Shown: in pieces, positions 51,632 to 61,909 of the stretch
How positions within the stretch are numbered: the first letter of the stretch is position 1
How the letters are laid out: every line of letters begins with the position of its first letter
Source: an uncultured Gemmatimonadota bacterium
GTDB lineage: Bacteria; JAAXHH01
DNA length: 64,000 nt
Assembly (NCBI GenBank): GCA_951812955.1
Contig: OX638340.1
Span: 480,001-544,000 of the forward strand
Direction: 5' to 3'
Position numbers and translations under genes: made by a program
The notes under the pieces: model-generated
Told to the model about the DNA's origin: nothing
The model's input: the letters and a program-made list of their open reading frames with translations, nothing else
The model's database searches: none

Positions 51632-51673
51632 ATCAGGAACTCCTGTGGATAACTGCAGTTTAGCGCTCTGTCA

Positions 51674-52633
51674 TTACCGTTCTACCGCGAGCTGACCGAG
51701 CGTTTCTACTGCTGAAGACACGTCCTCTAGCTTGTCCGCATTCAGGATATTGACGCCTCGGTGCATTCTTTTCATGAGACCCGATAGTACGTTGCCCGGT
51801 CCGGCTTCCACCACCGTGTCCACCCCCCGGTCGGTCAGGGTCTGCATCGATTCCGCCCAGCGAACCGGGCTGGTCAATTGCTCGATCAACAGGCGGCGAA
51901 TTTCATCGGGCTCCGACACGATCCGGGCAGTCACGTTCGCAACCACAGGCGTTTTCGCTCGGCAGATGGAGGCCTTTTCGATCGCCTCCGCAAGATCCCG
52001 CCGCGCGTATTCCATGAGTTCGGAATGAAAAGCACCGCTGACCTTGAGCGCAACGACCTTTTTGGCCCCCGCCGCGCGAGCGTTTTCCATGGCCCGTTCC
52101 ACGGCCGGTACGGCTCCGGCGATGACCGTCTGCTTCGGCGAGTTGTAGTTGGCGGATTGAACGGGTTCGCCTTCCTCACTCGCAGACCGGCAGACTTCAT
52201 CGACTTCCAGCGGTGAAAGACCGATCACGGCCGCCATGGTGCCCGGCCGTTTTTGCCCGGCCTCGTGCATCAATCTACTGCGCAGGTGAATCAGGCGCAC
52301 CGATTCCTCGAATGAGAGTGAACCCGCGGCGACCAGCGCCGCGTATTCTCCCACGCTGTGTCCGGCGACGTAATCCGGATGGATCCCGTGCTCGTTCAGC
52401 TGGGACGCCACCGCCACGCTGTGCACCAGAATGGCCAGTTGCGTGTAATTCGTTTGCTTCAGGGTTTCCGCAGGGCCGTCAAAGGAGACTCCGGCGATAT
52501 CGGCGCCGGTGATCTCACGGGCCTGCCGGTACAGCGTCTGAATCCGAGGATACCGGTCGTGCAGGTCCCGTCCCATGCCCACGTACTGGGAAGCCTGCCC
52601 CGGAAACAAGAATGCGATCCTGGCTTGGGTCAT
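51674..52633 (-). CDS. fabD: Malonyl-CoA:ACP transacylase
   Basis: It starts FLFPGQASQYVGMG and has the active-site motif GHSVGE. Confidence 0.9.
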   Translation of the reverse strand: MTQARIAFLFPGQASQYVGMGRDLHDRYPRIQTLYRQAREITGADIAGVSFDGPAETLKQTNYTQLAILVHSVAVASQLNEHGIHPDYVAGHSVGEYAALVAAGSLSFEESVRLIHLRSRLMHEAGQKRPGTMAAVIGLSPLEVDEVCRSASEEGEPVQSANYNSPKQTVIAGAVPAVERAMENARAAGAKKVVALKVSGAFHSELMEYARRDLAEAIEKASICRAKTPVVANVTARIVSEPDEIRRLLIEQLTSPVRWAESMQTLTDRGVDTVVEAGPGNVLSGLMKRMHRGVNILNADKLEDVSSAVETLGQLAVER

Positions 52634-52651
52634 GGATTGGCGGCGCCGAAC

Positions 52652-52834
52652 CTATATCGCTTCGACTTCCTGCACTTCCCTTCCCTGATAATATCCGCAA
52701 TGAGGACAAACACGGTGCGCGCGTTTCTTCTCTCCGCAATGCGAGCATTCCACCAGTGCCGGCATCGACAGTACCCAATGCGTACGTCGTTTACGACTCC
52801 GTGTCCGTGACTGGCGTCGCTTGGGCAGAGCCAT
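52652..52834 (-). CDS. rpmF: 50S ribosomal protein L32
   Basis: [20 protein letters not shown]...[20 protein letters not shown] is the L32 N-terminus plus a zinc ribbon. The start at 52832-52834 is preceded by AGGAGG. Confidence 0.85.
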   Translation of the reverse strand: MALPKRRQSRTRSRKRRTHWVLSMPALVECSHCGEKKRAHRVCPHCGYYQGREVQEVEAI

Positions 52835-52836
52835 TT

Positions 52837-53358
52837 CTATTCCTCCTTCAGCAACGTTTTCAGTGTGTGCCAGCGCGGGTCCTCTTGCCGCGTACCACAA
52901 TCGCAGGTGCCCTCGTTGAGGTTTCTGCCGCATTCGGCACAGAGGCCCTTGCAGTCATCGCTGCACAGGGGTTTCATCGGTAAGTTCAGGTTTACAAGTT
53001 CCGCGATGCGCCGGCGTAGATCAATCGTCTTCGCGCCGTAGTCCAGTATTTCCACATCGTCGGATTCGGTCAACTCCTCGCCCTCGGGTATGGCGCGGTC
53101 GGTCTTCTCGTAATAGGTCGCGATTTCGCCGCTGATATGTTCCTTCATGTCTTCAAGGCACCTGCCGCAGGAGAAGGCCAGATCGACACCTATGTCCGCC
53201 TGCAGCACCAGCGAATTCTCGGATACCGTGAGCGTGCCATCCACCTTAACGGGTGACGCGAATCGGCAGTCTTCGTCCGGTAGAAAGTCGGCGGCGGGCA
53301 TGTCTTCTATATGGATGGGATGTAGACCTTCGGACAGATGCTCGATCGCAATTTGCAT
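52837..53358 (-). CDS. yceD: YceD/DUF177 family protein
   Basis: A 173-aa acidic protein with a C-terminal CxxC...CxxC ([19 protein letters not shown]), immediately upstream of rpmF. Confidence 0.8.
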   Translation of the reverse strand: MQIAIEHLSEGLHPIHIEDMPAADFLPDEDCRFASPVKVDGTLTVSENSLVLQADIGVDLAFSCGRCLEDMKEHISGEIATYYEKTDRAIPEGEELTESDDVEILDYGAKTIDLRRRIAELVNLNLPMKPLCSDDCKGLCAECGRNLNEGTCDCGTRQEDPRWHTLKTLLKEE

Positions 53359-53460
53359 ATCGGCTGCTTGTTCAGTATCGCTCGATCAGACTTCACACGC
53401 GTATCCCGTACCACGATCCGGATGTTGCCAGGCTTTCCGTCAATTGCCCGGAAGCCATTA

Positions 53461-53490
53461 ATAATACGAGGGTTACCCCAGTCATGTCAA
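53461..53490 (-). promoter_or_regulatory. Candidate sigma-70-type promoter for the yceD-rpmF-fab operon
   Basis: On the minus strand there is TTGACA (53490..53485), an 18-nt spacer, then TATTAT (53466..53461), in the 148-bp gap between sucD and yceD. A near-inverted repeat, GGCTTTCCG-n9-CGGAAGCC, lies just downstream of the -10. Confidence 0.4.
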
Positions 53491-53506
53491 GAGGAAAATC
53501 CCCGGA

Positions 53507-54376
53507 TCAGGCGAGGGCGGAACCGACCAAATCGACCACGTCGGCCGATCGGTCGGCCACCGGAATTCCGGCGTCGTTCAGCGCGCGCACTTTCTCCTCG
53601 GCTCCTCCCGTTCCCCCAGATATGATCGCGCCGGCGTGCCCCATGCGTTTTCCGGGCGGGGCCGTGCGGCCCGCAATGAACCCAACCACTGGTTTATTCA
53701 TGTGCTGCCTGATGAATTCGGCCGCCCTTTCCTCGTCTGAGCCGCCGATTTCGCCAATCATGACTACAGCGTGGGTATCGGGGTCCGATTCGAAGGCCTC
53801 GAGGGCGTCGATGAAGCCGGTCCCGATGATCGGATCGCCGCCGATGCCCAGGCAGGTCGATTGACCTATGCCCGCGCTCGTCAACTGGTGAACGATTTCG
53901 TAGGTCAACGTGCCGCTTCGGGAAACCACGCCCACGTGGCCGGGTTGGTGAATGTGGCCGGGCATGATGCCCACCTTGGTGACTCCAGGTGTGATGGCGC
54001 CGGGACAGTTCGGTCCGAGCAGGCGTGCGTTGGATTGCTGCAGGACGGCGTATACACGGGCCATGTCAAGGGTCGGGATGCCTTCCGTGATGCATATCAC
54101 CAGGTCCATTTCGGCATCGACGGCTTCGTGGATCGCGTCGGCCGCGAACGCGGGACGGACGTAGATGATCGAGGTGTTGGCCCCGGTCGATTCGGCCGCT
54201 TCCGCCAGTGTATCGTAGACCGGTATGCCGTCCAGGTCCTGGCCGCCTTTTCCCGGTGTGACCCCGGCTACGATGTTCGTGCCGTATTCCACCATCTGGC
54301 GGGTGTGAAAAGAACCGTCCCGTCCGGTAATCCCCTGCACGACGACGCTGGTGTTTTCATTTACCAGTATACTCAT
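53507..54376 (-). CDS. sucD: Succinyl-CoA synthetase alpha subunit
   Basis: It has a CoA-binding N-terminus ([13 protein letters not shown]), the phospho-His loop (SRSGTLTYE) and a GHAGA motif. Confidence 0.9.
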   Translation of the reverse strand: MSILVNENTSVVVQGITGRDGSFHTRQMVEYGTNIVAGVTPGKGGQDLDGIPVYDTLAEAAESTGANTSIIYVRPAFAADAIHEAVDAEMDLVICITEGIPTLDMARVYAVLQQSNARLLGPNCPGAITPGVTKVGIMPGHIHQPGHVGVVSRSGTLTYEIVHQLTSAGIGQSTCLGIGGDPIIGTGFIDALEAFESDPDTHAVVMIGEIGGSDEERAAEFIRQHMNKPVVGFIAGRTAPPGKRMGHAGAIISGGTGGAEEKVRALNDAGIPVADRSADVVDLVGSALA

Positions 54377-55530
54377 CTTCCCGCCTCCCCCAGTTCAACG
54401 GCTTTCTGAACGGCTTCCGCCATCGTGTCTACGGCGACCAGTCCCACGGATTCGAGTATGCGCCGGCCCTCTGCTTCGTTCGTTCCGGTCAACCGGATGA
54501 CGATGGGCAGGGCGAGCGGACCGCCGGGTCCTTCGGCGATGCGGTTCAGGGCGGTCACGATGCCGTTGGCTACGTCGTCGCAGCGCGTGATGCCGCCGAA
54601 TATGTTGAAAAGCACGGCCTTCACCCGGTTGTCGGACGTGATGATGTTCATGGCGGTGACGACTTTGTCCGGGTTCGAACTGCCGCCGATGTCGAGAAAG
54701 TTGGCCGGCATGCCCCCGTAGAACTTCACCATGTCCATGGTCGCCATGGCCAGGCCCGCGCCGTTGACGATGCAACCGATGTCGCCGTCGAGTTTGACGA
54801 AGCTTAGATCGGCGTCACGCGCTTCGGCCTCGGTTGCCTCTTCGGAGTCGGGATCGCGCATGGCCTCAATTTCTTCGTGCCTGAACAGGGCGTTGTCGTC
54901 GATGTTCATCTTGCCGTCCAGGGCCCATAGTTTCCCATCCGGCGTCGTCACAAGCGGGTTGATTTCCGCCAGGGAAGCATCGCTTTCGATAAACACGTCG
55001 TAGAGCTGTGTGAGCATACGGGCGGCCTGCCTCGCCACGGCGGGATCGGCATAGAGTTTGTGGGCAAGGGATCGGGCCTGGTACGGCATGAGCCCCAGCA
55101 GGGGATCGACGGCCAGTTTGTGGATCTTCTCCGGTGTCTCGCGGGCGACTTCCTCGATATCGACGCCGCCCGCGGCGCTGACCATGAACACCGCCCGACG
55201 GGTCTGCCGGTCGAGGATGATGCCTACATAAGCTTCATGATCGATCTCCACGGCCTCGGCCACCAGCACCTGCCGGACCGTCAGTCCTTTGATGTCCATG
55301 CCCAGGATCTGATCCGCCTTTTCGAAGGCCTCTTCAGGCGTCGATGCCAGTTTAACGCCTCCCGCCTTACCCCGGCCGCCGACGTGCACCTGGGCCTTGA
55401 CGACTACCCGCACACCCAGATGCTCCGCGATACGCCTGGCATCTTCCGGCGTTCGAGCTACCTGTTCCCTGGGAATCGCCATCCCGTGCCGGGCGAATAT
55501 GTCCTTCGCCTGGAATTCGTGTATGTTCAA
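54373..55530 (-). CDS. sucC: Succinyl-CoA synthetase beta subunit
   Basis: It starts [12 protein letters not shown], has an ATP-grasp domain, and has a C-terminal CoA-ligase domain. It overlaps the sucD start by 4 nt. Confidence 0.9.
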   Translation of the reverse strand: MNIHEFQAKDIFARHGMAIPREQVARTPEDARRIAEHLGVRVVVKAQVHVGGRGKAGGVKLASTPEEAFEKADQILGMDIKGLTVRQVLVAEAVEIDHEAYVGIILDRQTRRAVFMVSAAGGVDIEEVARETPEKIHKLAVDPLLGLMPYQARSLAHKLYADPAVARQAARMLTQLYDVFIESDASLAEINPLVTTPDGKLWALDGKMNIDDNALFRHEEIEAMRDPDSEEATEAEARDADLSFVKLDGDIGCIVNGAGLAMATMDMVKFYGGMPANFLDIGGSSNPDKVVTAMNIITSDNRVKAVLFNIFGGITRCDDVANGIVTALNRIAEGPGGPLALPIVIRLTGTNEAEGRRILESVGLVAVDTMAEAVQKAVELGEAGR

Positions 55531-55581
55531 TGCGTGCTCCTTCGGTATCGGATTTCTTCCGCTTCTATTAAGACTGCGCCG

Positions 55582-55657
55582 GCCCTTCCGTTCCGGCCGT
55601 CGCTCTTCCGTTCAGCTCTGCCCTTCCGTTCAGGTTTGCCTTTCCGTTCCGGCCGTC
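55582..55657. repeat. Four tandem 18-20-nt repeats immediately upstream of sucC
   Basis: The units are gcccttccgttccggccgtc, gctcttccgttcagctct, gcccttccgttcaggttt and gcctttccgttccggccgtc. Confidence 0.8.
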
Positions 55658-55670
55658 GTCCTACGCGTTT

Positions 55671-57209
55671 TCAAACCTGTCTGGCCACCAACCCGCCCAG
55701 GGTATCGAAACCAGGTTTCAGGGCCGGGTACAAGGACCTGAAAACTTCGTAGTATTCGTCGTACCGCGCCGAGGCTTCCCGTTCCGGCTCCGTCGCGGAA
55801 ACGATTGTGACTAGGTCGTCCGCGGCCTCCTCGACGGTGCCGTACACGCCAGTACCTACAGCGGCGAGGATCGCGGCACCGAAAGCAGGCCCTTCCTCGG
55901 CGTTCACGGTGACCACTTCGGCGCCGTAGATATCCGCCTGGATTTGCCGCCAGAGGCTGCTCCGCGCACCGCCTCCCGTGGACCGGACCTGTTCGACGGA
56001 CAGTCCCAGCGCACGCATGATTTCTATGGAATCCCGTAGGGCGAAGGTCACGCCTTCCATGACGGACCGGATCATGTGGGAACGGCCGTGCCGCCCGGTG
56101 ATGCCGATGAATGCGCCCCGCGCGTTGGCGTCCTTGTGTGGGGTGCGTTCGCCCATGAGATAGGGAAGAAACACCAGCCCCTCGCTGCCCACAGGCGCCC
56201 GGGCCGCCTGGGCAGTCATCAGTTCATAGGGATCGGTGTCCAGCATCCGTGCCGCGCTCATCTCGACTTCGCCCAGGGTGTTGCGCAGCCATTGGAAGGC
56301 GCCGCCTGCAAAGAGGGTAACGCCCATCAGGTACCACTTGTCCGGAACGCTGTGACAGAAGGTGTGGACGCGCAGTTCCGGATCCACATGGACTTCGTCG
56401 GTGTGGGCGAAGACCACGCCCGATGTTCCCAGACTGGAAAGGATCCGCCCGGGGCGCACGATCCCGGCTCCCACGGCGCCGCAGGTGTTGTCGGCCCCGC
56501 CGCCGACAACGGGCGTGCCGGGCCTGAGTCCCATTTCCTCGGCCACTTCTTCCGTCACGTGGCCGCATACGTCGATGGATTCGTAAGTGGGCGGCATGAA
56601 TTCCGCCGGAAGGCCGATGGCGTCCAGCATGGGAGCCGACCATCGCCTTTCGCGTACGTCGAACAGCAGCGTGCCCGCGGCGTCGGACACCTCCATGGCG
56701 AATTCGCCTGTCATCCGGAACCGAATGTAGTCCTTGGGCAGCAAGACGCGCCGGATCCGTTCGTATATCCGTGGCTCATGGTCGCGGACCCAGATCAGTT
56801 TGGGTGCGGTGAAGCCTTCGAGGGCGGGATTGGACACCCACCGCACCAGGTTTTCCTCGCCCGCCTTTTCCGTAATCCAGCGGCACTGTTCTGTGGTTCG
56901 CGTATCGCACCACAGGATGGACGGCCGGAGCACCTCGTTCCGCGCGTCGAGCAGCACCGAACTGTGCATCTGTCCCGACAGGCCGATTCCGACGATGGAG
57001 TCGGCGGGAACTCCGGCGGCGCCCATGGCTTCGCGCACCGTGTTCGAAGCCGCACGCCACCAGTCCGCCGGATCCTGTTCCGCCCAGTTCGGCCGGGGGG
57101 TGTGCAGGGGGATCTCTTCGAAGGCCCGGGCCGCCAGTTCGCCCCGTTCATCGACTATGATCGTCTTGATGCCCGAGGTACCGATATCGATGCCAATGAG
57201 GTGTCTCAT
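55671..57209 (-). CDS. xylB: Xylulokinase (FGGY carbohydrate kinase)
   Basis: It has the FGGY N-terminal motif GIDIGTSGIK, WVRDHEP, and the C-terminal motif YLMGERTPH. The length is 512 aa. Confidence 0.85.
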   Translation of the reverse strand: MRHLIGIDIGTSGIKTIIVDERGELAARAFEEIPLHTPRPNWAEQDPADWWRAASNTVREAMGAAGVPADSIVGIGLSGQMHSSVLLDARNEVLRPSILWCDTRTTEQCRWITEKAGEENLVRWVSNPALEGFTAPKLIWVRDHEPRIYERIRRVLLPKDYIRFRMTGEFAMEVSDAAGTLLFDVRERRWSAPMLDAIGLPAEFMPPTYESIDVCGHVTEEVAEEMGLRPGTPVVGGGADNTCGAVGAGIVRPGRILSSLGTSGVVFAHTDEVHVDPELRVHTFCHSVPDKWYLMGVTLFAGGAFQWLRNTLGEVEMSAARMLDTDPYELMTAQAARAPVGSEGLVFLPYLMGERTPHKDANARGAFIGITGRHGRSHMIRSVMEGVTFALRDSIEIMRALGLSVEQVRSTGGGARSSLWRQIQADIYGAEVVTVNAEEGPAFGAAILAAVGTGVYGTVEEAADDLVTIVSATEPEREASARYDEYYEVFRSLYPALKPGFDTLGGLVARQV

Positions 57210-57303
57210 ACACGAACCGTTGCCTGCCGGAGAAGTGTCTCACCGGCACAAAAAAACCTGCGCAAAATCGCAGGAACTTGATGGTTGGAGCTGGAAGCCG
57301 GGT

Positions 57304-58188
57304 TCAACTCATGTAAGCGTGCAGCCGGACACTGCGGGAGGTGTGGCGCAATCGCCGGATCGCCCGTTCCTTGATCTGGCGCACCCGCTCGCGGGTCAGG
57401 CCGAACTGCTTGCCGATCTCGTCCAGGGTCATCGGCTTATCCTTGTTGATCCCGAAATAGTAACGGATCACGGTAGCTTCGCGGTCCGTGAGGGTATTCA
57501 GAGCCCAGAACACTTCCTCCTTAAGCGATTTATCCATGACCTGCGTTTCCGGCGATTCGACGTTCGTATCTTCAATCACGTCGAGCAGGCGTCCCTCCTC
57601 TCCCGGTGAAAAAGGCGCGTCAAGCGACAGGTGCGGGCTGAACGTCCGCATGATGGCAACCACATCCTTGTGATCCAGCGATAACCTGTCTGCGATTTCG
57701 TGGGTCGTGGGCTCCCGGCCCAGTTCCTGTTTAAGACCGCGTACGACCTTGTTGACCCGCCGCAATTCTTCCGCCCGGTTCAACGGAAGACGGAATATCC
57801 TGGACTGTTCGGCCAGGGCCTGCATGATTGCCTGCCGCACCCACCAGACCGCGTAGGAAATGAACTTGAACCCCTTGTGCTCATCGTATCGCTGCGCGGC
57901 TTTGATCAATCCGATATTGCCCTCGTTAATCAGATCGGAAAGGGGCAGACCCTGGTTCTGGTACTGCCTCGCTACCACGACGACAAATCTAAGATTGGCC
58001 TGTATGAGCTTGTTTAGTGCGCCGCGCACCCCGTTTCGCGCGTCGCGCGCCAGGGTCATTTCCTCTTCCAGGTTCAGCACCGGTATGGTCCGGATTTCTT
58101 TCAGGTAGGTGTCGAGCGAACGGTCATCACCGGGATTCCGCGATCCAACCCGGGAAATGCGGACTTCCGTTTGGGCGGACTTGGGCAT
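57304..58188 (-). CDS. RNA polymerase sigma-70 factor, short RpoD/SigA-like form lacking region 1.1
   Basis: It has regions 1.2 through 4: DTYLKEIRTIPVL, the RpoD box LIQANLRFVVVVARQY, and region 4 HTH (LTDREATVIRYYFG...TLDEIG...TRERVRQI). The start is at the ATG at 58186-58188, which has GAGGAAG upstream. Confidence 0.85.
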   Translation of the reverse strand: MPKSAQTEVRISRVGSRNPGDDRSLDTYLKEIRTIPVLNLEEEMTLARDARNGVRGALNKLIQANLRFVVVVARQYQNQGLPLSDLINEGNIGLIKAAQRYDEHKGFKFISYAVWWVRQAIMQALAEQSRIFRLPLNRAEELRRVNKVVRGLKQELGREPTTHEIADRLSLDHKDVVAIMRTFSPHLSLDAPFSPGEEGRLLDVIEDTNVESPETQVMDKSLKEEVFWALNTLTDREATVIRYYFGINKDKPMTLDEIGKQFGLTRERVRQIKERAIRRLRHTSRSVRLHAYMS

Positions 58189-58324
58189 GGACTTCCTCGG
58201 GTACCGCATGCAGACCGTTTTAAGACAGTCGGTAACTGTCACGCCGAACCGATAGGGCACCGGTTGTTGCGAATATCGATCTGATTACGTAGAACCTGCT
58301 TTACGTGATTCCCAGTCTACCAGC

Positions 58325-58354
58325 ACTATAATGGCGTGCCGGAATGGGCGTCAA
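58325..58354 (-). promoter_or_regulatory. Candidate promoter for the sigma-factor gene
   Basis: On the minus strand there is TTGACG (58354..58349), an 18-nt spacer, then TATAGT (58330..58325). It is preceded by an A-rich tract (aaaaaaac). Confidence 0.35.
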
Positions 58355-58391
58355 GTTTTTTTAGGTTATATCGGCAGTTATTCATCCCCAC

Positions 58392-60119
58392 TCAGAAGAC
58401 CCGCTCTTCGACGTTGTTTCCAATATAGATGTCCATCATCGTGGTCCGGTTTCCCCAGAACAGATCCTGTCCCCAGGCATTGGGTTCGAGCCCCTTGAAC
58501 CAGGGCTTGCGCAGTTCCAGCACATGCGTGTGGTAGATGAACACGCCGCCGACGTCTTCCACGAGAATGCGCTCCGCCCTGGCGTAGTATGCCATGCGTT
58601 CAGCGTGGTCAAGCGTCGTGCCGCCTGCCCGGAGCAATCTGTCGAACTCGTCGTTCTTCCAGTCGTGCCTGCCATGGCCCACTGGCTGTGAATGCCATAC
58701 CTGGGAAAGCATGTTGTCCGGATCGGGATAGTCGTACTGGTAGGGAATCAGTCCGAAGGGGATCGTATACTGGTACATGTTATCCATGTAGAGGCCGATT
58801 TCCTGGTTACGGATGTCGACGCGCAAGCCCAGGGTTTCCTTCAGCATGCCCTGGATGGCCTGGGCAATGGACATCTGCGTGGGATCAGCCTGGCGTAGCC
58901 AGAATTCGATGGGCGGCAAGCCCCTGCCTTCCGGATAGCCGGCTTCCTCGAGCAGGCGCCGGGCCTCGGACGGATCGAAGCGCTGGACATCCTTCAGCTG
59001 GTCGCCCGTATAGCCTGGGAAATTAGGTGGGAGCATCGTATAGGCCGGGGTGCCGTGACCCTGCAGGATGACCCGGCAGATGGTCTCCCGGTCGATAGCG
59101 TGGCTGACGGCCCTCCGTATCCGCACGTCGTCGAAGGGCGGCACGGTTGTCCGGAAGAAGAGATACCAGGTCTGGAAGTGGGGATTGGAGGTCAGCTCGC
59201 GAGTCAAGTCCGGACTGTTTTCGATCTCGCCCAGGTACTGGGCAAATACGCCTTGCCGGTCGACCTCGTTGTTCTCGTAAGGAGCTATGCCCGGATGGGT
59301 GCCGGCGATGATGAACTTCAGCTTGATCTTTTCCAGGAATCCGGGGTAACGCCCGTTGTAGTAGGGGTTCAAGTCGTAGGAGATGTATCGGTCCGTGATC
59401 CATTCGTCCAGCTTGTAGCTGTAGTTGCTGACCATGTTGCCCGGCTCGGTCCAGCGGCGGCCGTGTTTCTCCACCTGCCAGGGGGGTACGGGCGCCGCGG
59501 AGTTGTAGGCCATGATGTGGGGGAGGTAGGGACAGGGCGCCTCGGCCTCGATCTCGAGGGTCAGATCGTCGATGGCGCGCACGCCTACCGAATCGGGGTC
59601 GCTGATATTGCCGTGATTGAAGTCCCGGGCGTTCTTGATATTGTAGAAGAGAAACGCGAAGACGTTGCCCTCGTCCGGATCCAGGAATCGCTTGAAGGTG
59701 TACTCGAAATCGTGGGCGGTAACCGCCCTGCCATCGCTCCAGCGCGCGCCTTCCCGGAGATGAAAGGTCCAGGTACGCCCGTCTTCGGACGGCTCCCAGC
59801 TGTCGGCGGCCCCGGGAATGAGGACGTCGTCGGCGTCGAACATGGTTAGCCGTTCAAACAGGTGGGGATCCGAGCCTTTGACACCGTAATTGTCCAGGCT
59901 CACGTCCAGGGTCTTGGGCTCTTCGATGAAATACATCAGGACCTGTTCGTGCAGGGGGGCGGCGTCCGGCGGCAGTTCTATACCCAGGCTGTTAATGACT
60001 GGACCGGCCGTGGGCTGGACCGCGTTATTCTCATCGCCGCCGCAACCGGTCAGGACGAGCAGAAGAATCAGGATGCAGCGGGATGTGCTGGCATGGTTAG
60101 GTAAGACATGGTAAGGCAT
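58392..60119 (-). CDS. ABC transporter substrate-binding lipoprotein, family 5 (oligopeptide/nickel-type)
   Basis: The start is at the ATG at 60117-60119, giving MPYHVLPNHASTSRCILILLLVLTGCGG with a lipobox. The SBP_bac_5 length and conserved W/Y-rich core are present. Confidence 0.8.
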   Translation of the reverse strand: MPYHVLPNHASTSRCILILLLVLTGCGGDENNAVQPTAGPVINSLGIELPPDAAPLHEQVLMYFIEEPKTLDVSLDNYGVKGSDPHLFERLTMFDADDVLIPGAADSWEPSEDGRTWTFHLREGARWSDGRAVTAHDFEYTFKRFLDPDEGNVFAFLFYNIKNARDFNHGNISDPDSVGVRAIDDLTLEIEAEAPCPYLPHIMAYNSAAPVPPWQVEKHGRRWTEPGNMVSNYSYKLDEWITDRYISYDLNPYYNGRYPGFLEKIKLKFIIAGTHPGIAPYENNEVDRQGVFAQYLGEIENSPDLTRELTSNPHFQTWYLFFRTTVPPFDDVRIRRAVSHAIDRETICRVILQGHGTPAYTMLPPNFPGYTGDQLKDVQRFDPSEARRLLEEAGYPEGRGLPPIEFWLRQADPTQMSIAQAIQGMLKETLGLRVDIRNQEIGLYMDNMYQYTIPFGLIPYQYDYPDPDNMLSQVWHSQPVGHGRHDWKNDEFDRLLRAGGTTLDHAERMAYYARAERILVEDVGGVFIYHTHVLELRKPWFKGLEPNAWGQDLFWGNRTTMMDIYIGNNVEERVF

Positions 60120-60310
60120 GGTACGCGCCACCTTCGAACGAGCGTCGGTCCGGGATCGGGCTGGCAATTCCAAAGTAGAACCATCCGCAAGCGACGAGGA
60201 AACAACGCCCGGCAAACTGGTGGGTATTCGGCTTTCGGGTGTTTTCTGTAAGATGGTCGCGGCTCGTACCGGGGTCAATAGAAAAGGGGACCGATTGCCG
60301 GGGTCGTTGC

Positions 60311-60339
60311 TTGACATCGGTACGCCGTGAGGATACGTT
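60311..60339 (+). promoter_or_regulatory. Candidate promoter upstream of the amino-acid permease gene
   Basis: TTGACA (60311-60316), a 17-nt spacer, then TACGTT (60334-60339). The tandem 20-mers at 60340-60379 follow immediately. Confidence 0.3.
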
Positions 60340-60379
60340 GGGTGCGACCCTTTATCCTCGGGTGCGACTCTTTATCTTC
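60340..60379. repeat. Tandem 20-mer x2 in the 5' leader of the amino-acid permease gene
   Basis: gggtgcgaccctttatcctc is followed by gggtgcgactctttatcttc. Confidence 0.85.
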
Positions 60380-60398
60380 AAATTCGGAAAGCCCATCC

Positions 60399-61739
60399 AT
60401 GCCTGATAATCCATCGGGACCGTCCCGTCCCACGCTGCGCAAGTCCCTTGGGCTTTTCGATGGAATCACTATCCTCGTGGGCATCACCATCGGGGCCGGC
60501 ATCTTCTCGGCGCCCCAGATTATCGCGGGCTTCACCGATTCATTCACCCCCATTCTCTGGCTCTGGATCGCGGGCGGCGCCTTCATTTTCATCGGTGGAC
60601 TCGTGTACGCGGAACTGGGCAGCCGGCTTCCGGAAACGGGTGGTGAATACATGTACATCAGCCGCGCCTTCGGCCCCTTCGCCGGGTTCATGTTCGGCTG
60701 GTCTCAGCTGTTTATCATACGCACCAGCCCCCTGGCCGGACTGGCGATCGTGACGGTCAACTACCTGACCTATTTCGTCGACCTGTCCCGGACCGAACAG
60801 ATCGCCGCCGCCCTGTTCATCATCCTGATGTTGGCCATCCTGAATTACGTCGGCGTGCAACGGGCGGGGTTCTACCAGCGGCTGACCACCGTGCTCAAGG
60901 TCGGCGGCCTGATGCTCCTGGTCGTGCTCGGATTCACCCTGGACTACGGTGGTGACAACCTGCTGGAGACCACCGCGGCGCCGACGGGAACGCTAGGGCC
61001 CGTAGGAAATATCATCGCGGCCGCGTTCATGGTCGTCTTCGCCTACATGGGCTTCGAACGGGTAGGCTACTCGGCTGGAGAGATGAAGGATCCCCGCCGT
61101 ACCATACCCCTGACCATGTTCCTTGGCATCTCGGCGATCATCGTGATCTACGTCCTGGCGAATCTCCTCTACCACCAGACGCTCGGCATGGAAGGCGTCC
61201 GTACGAGCAACATCGTGGCCTCGGACACGGCCGTCCTGCTGCTGGGCCCCCTCGGTGCGGGATTCATCGCCATCACCGTGATGATCTCCACGACCGGCAG
61301 CATGAACGGGACCTTCATGACCGCCACGCGGGTCTACTACGCCATGGCGCGGGATGGACTCTTCTTCAAGTGGCTGGACTACATCCATCCCGTGTACCGC
61401 ACGCCTTCGCGGGCCATCATTGCCCATGCCGTGTGGGGATCGGCCATCCTGCTGTTTCGTGGAACCTTCGAGACCATCATGGCAGGCATGGTCTTCGCGG
61501 TGCTCATCTTCTTCGGCGCCAATACCCTGGCCCTGTTCAAGCTGCGCCGCATGGGCGCAGGAGTCGACGGGGGCTACAGGGTGCCGCTGTATCCCTGGAC
61601 GCCGTCCCTCTTCCTGGCCGGGATCGTCGCACTGGTCGTCCTGCGGGCCACCTTCGAATGGTACAATTCGCTCATCGACCTCGCCTTCATCGTCACGGGA
61701 CTGCCGTTCTGGTTGATCTGGCGCAAGACGCGCAGTTAG
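60399..61739 (+). CDS. APC-superfamily amino acid permease
   Basis: The start is at 60399 (MPDNPSGPS). There are 12 TM segments. The N-terminal GAGIF motif and APC conserved glycine patterns are present. Confidence 0.85.
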   Translation: MPDNPSGPSRPTLRKSLGLFDGITILVGITIGAGIFSAPQIIAGFTDSFTPILWLWIAGGAFIFIGGLVYAELGSRLPETGGEYMYISRAFGPFAGFMFGWSQLFIIRTSPLAGLAIVTVNYLTYFVDLSRTEQIAAALFIILMLAILNYVGVQRAGFYQRLTTVLKVGGLMLLVVLGFTLDYGGDNLLETTAAPTGTLGPVGNIIAAAFMVVFAYMGFERVGYSAGEMKDPRRTIPLTMFLGISAIIVIYVLANLLYHQTLGMEGVRTSNIVASDTAVLLLGPLGAGFIAITVMISTTGSMNGTFMTATRVYYAMARDGLFFKWLDYIHPVYRTPSRAIIAHAVWGSAILLFRGTFETIMAGMVFAVLIFFGANTLALFKLRRMGAGVDGGYRVPLYPWTPSLFLAGIVALVVLRATFEWYNSLIDLAFIVTGLPFWLIWRKTRS

Positions 61740-61909
61740 GTCCGGCCTTCAAAACGAAGCCGGGTGAAAAGCATATACTTCCTCCGACGAATACGCCGCG
61801 ATCCCCGCCTCAATCATACTTAAAATCGAATATCGGGCTGAAAGAAACCGCGTTCATGCCGGCGACCGGGACGTCCTCCCAGGATTCCGTCTTCTTCATG
61901 TAACCGATA

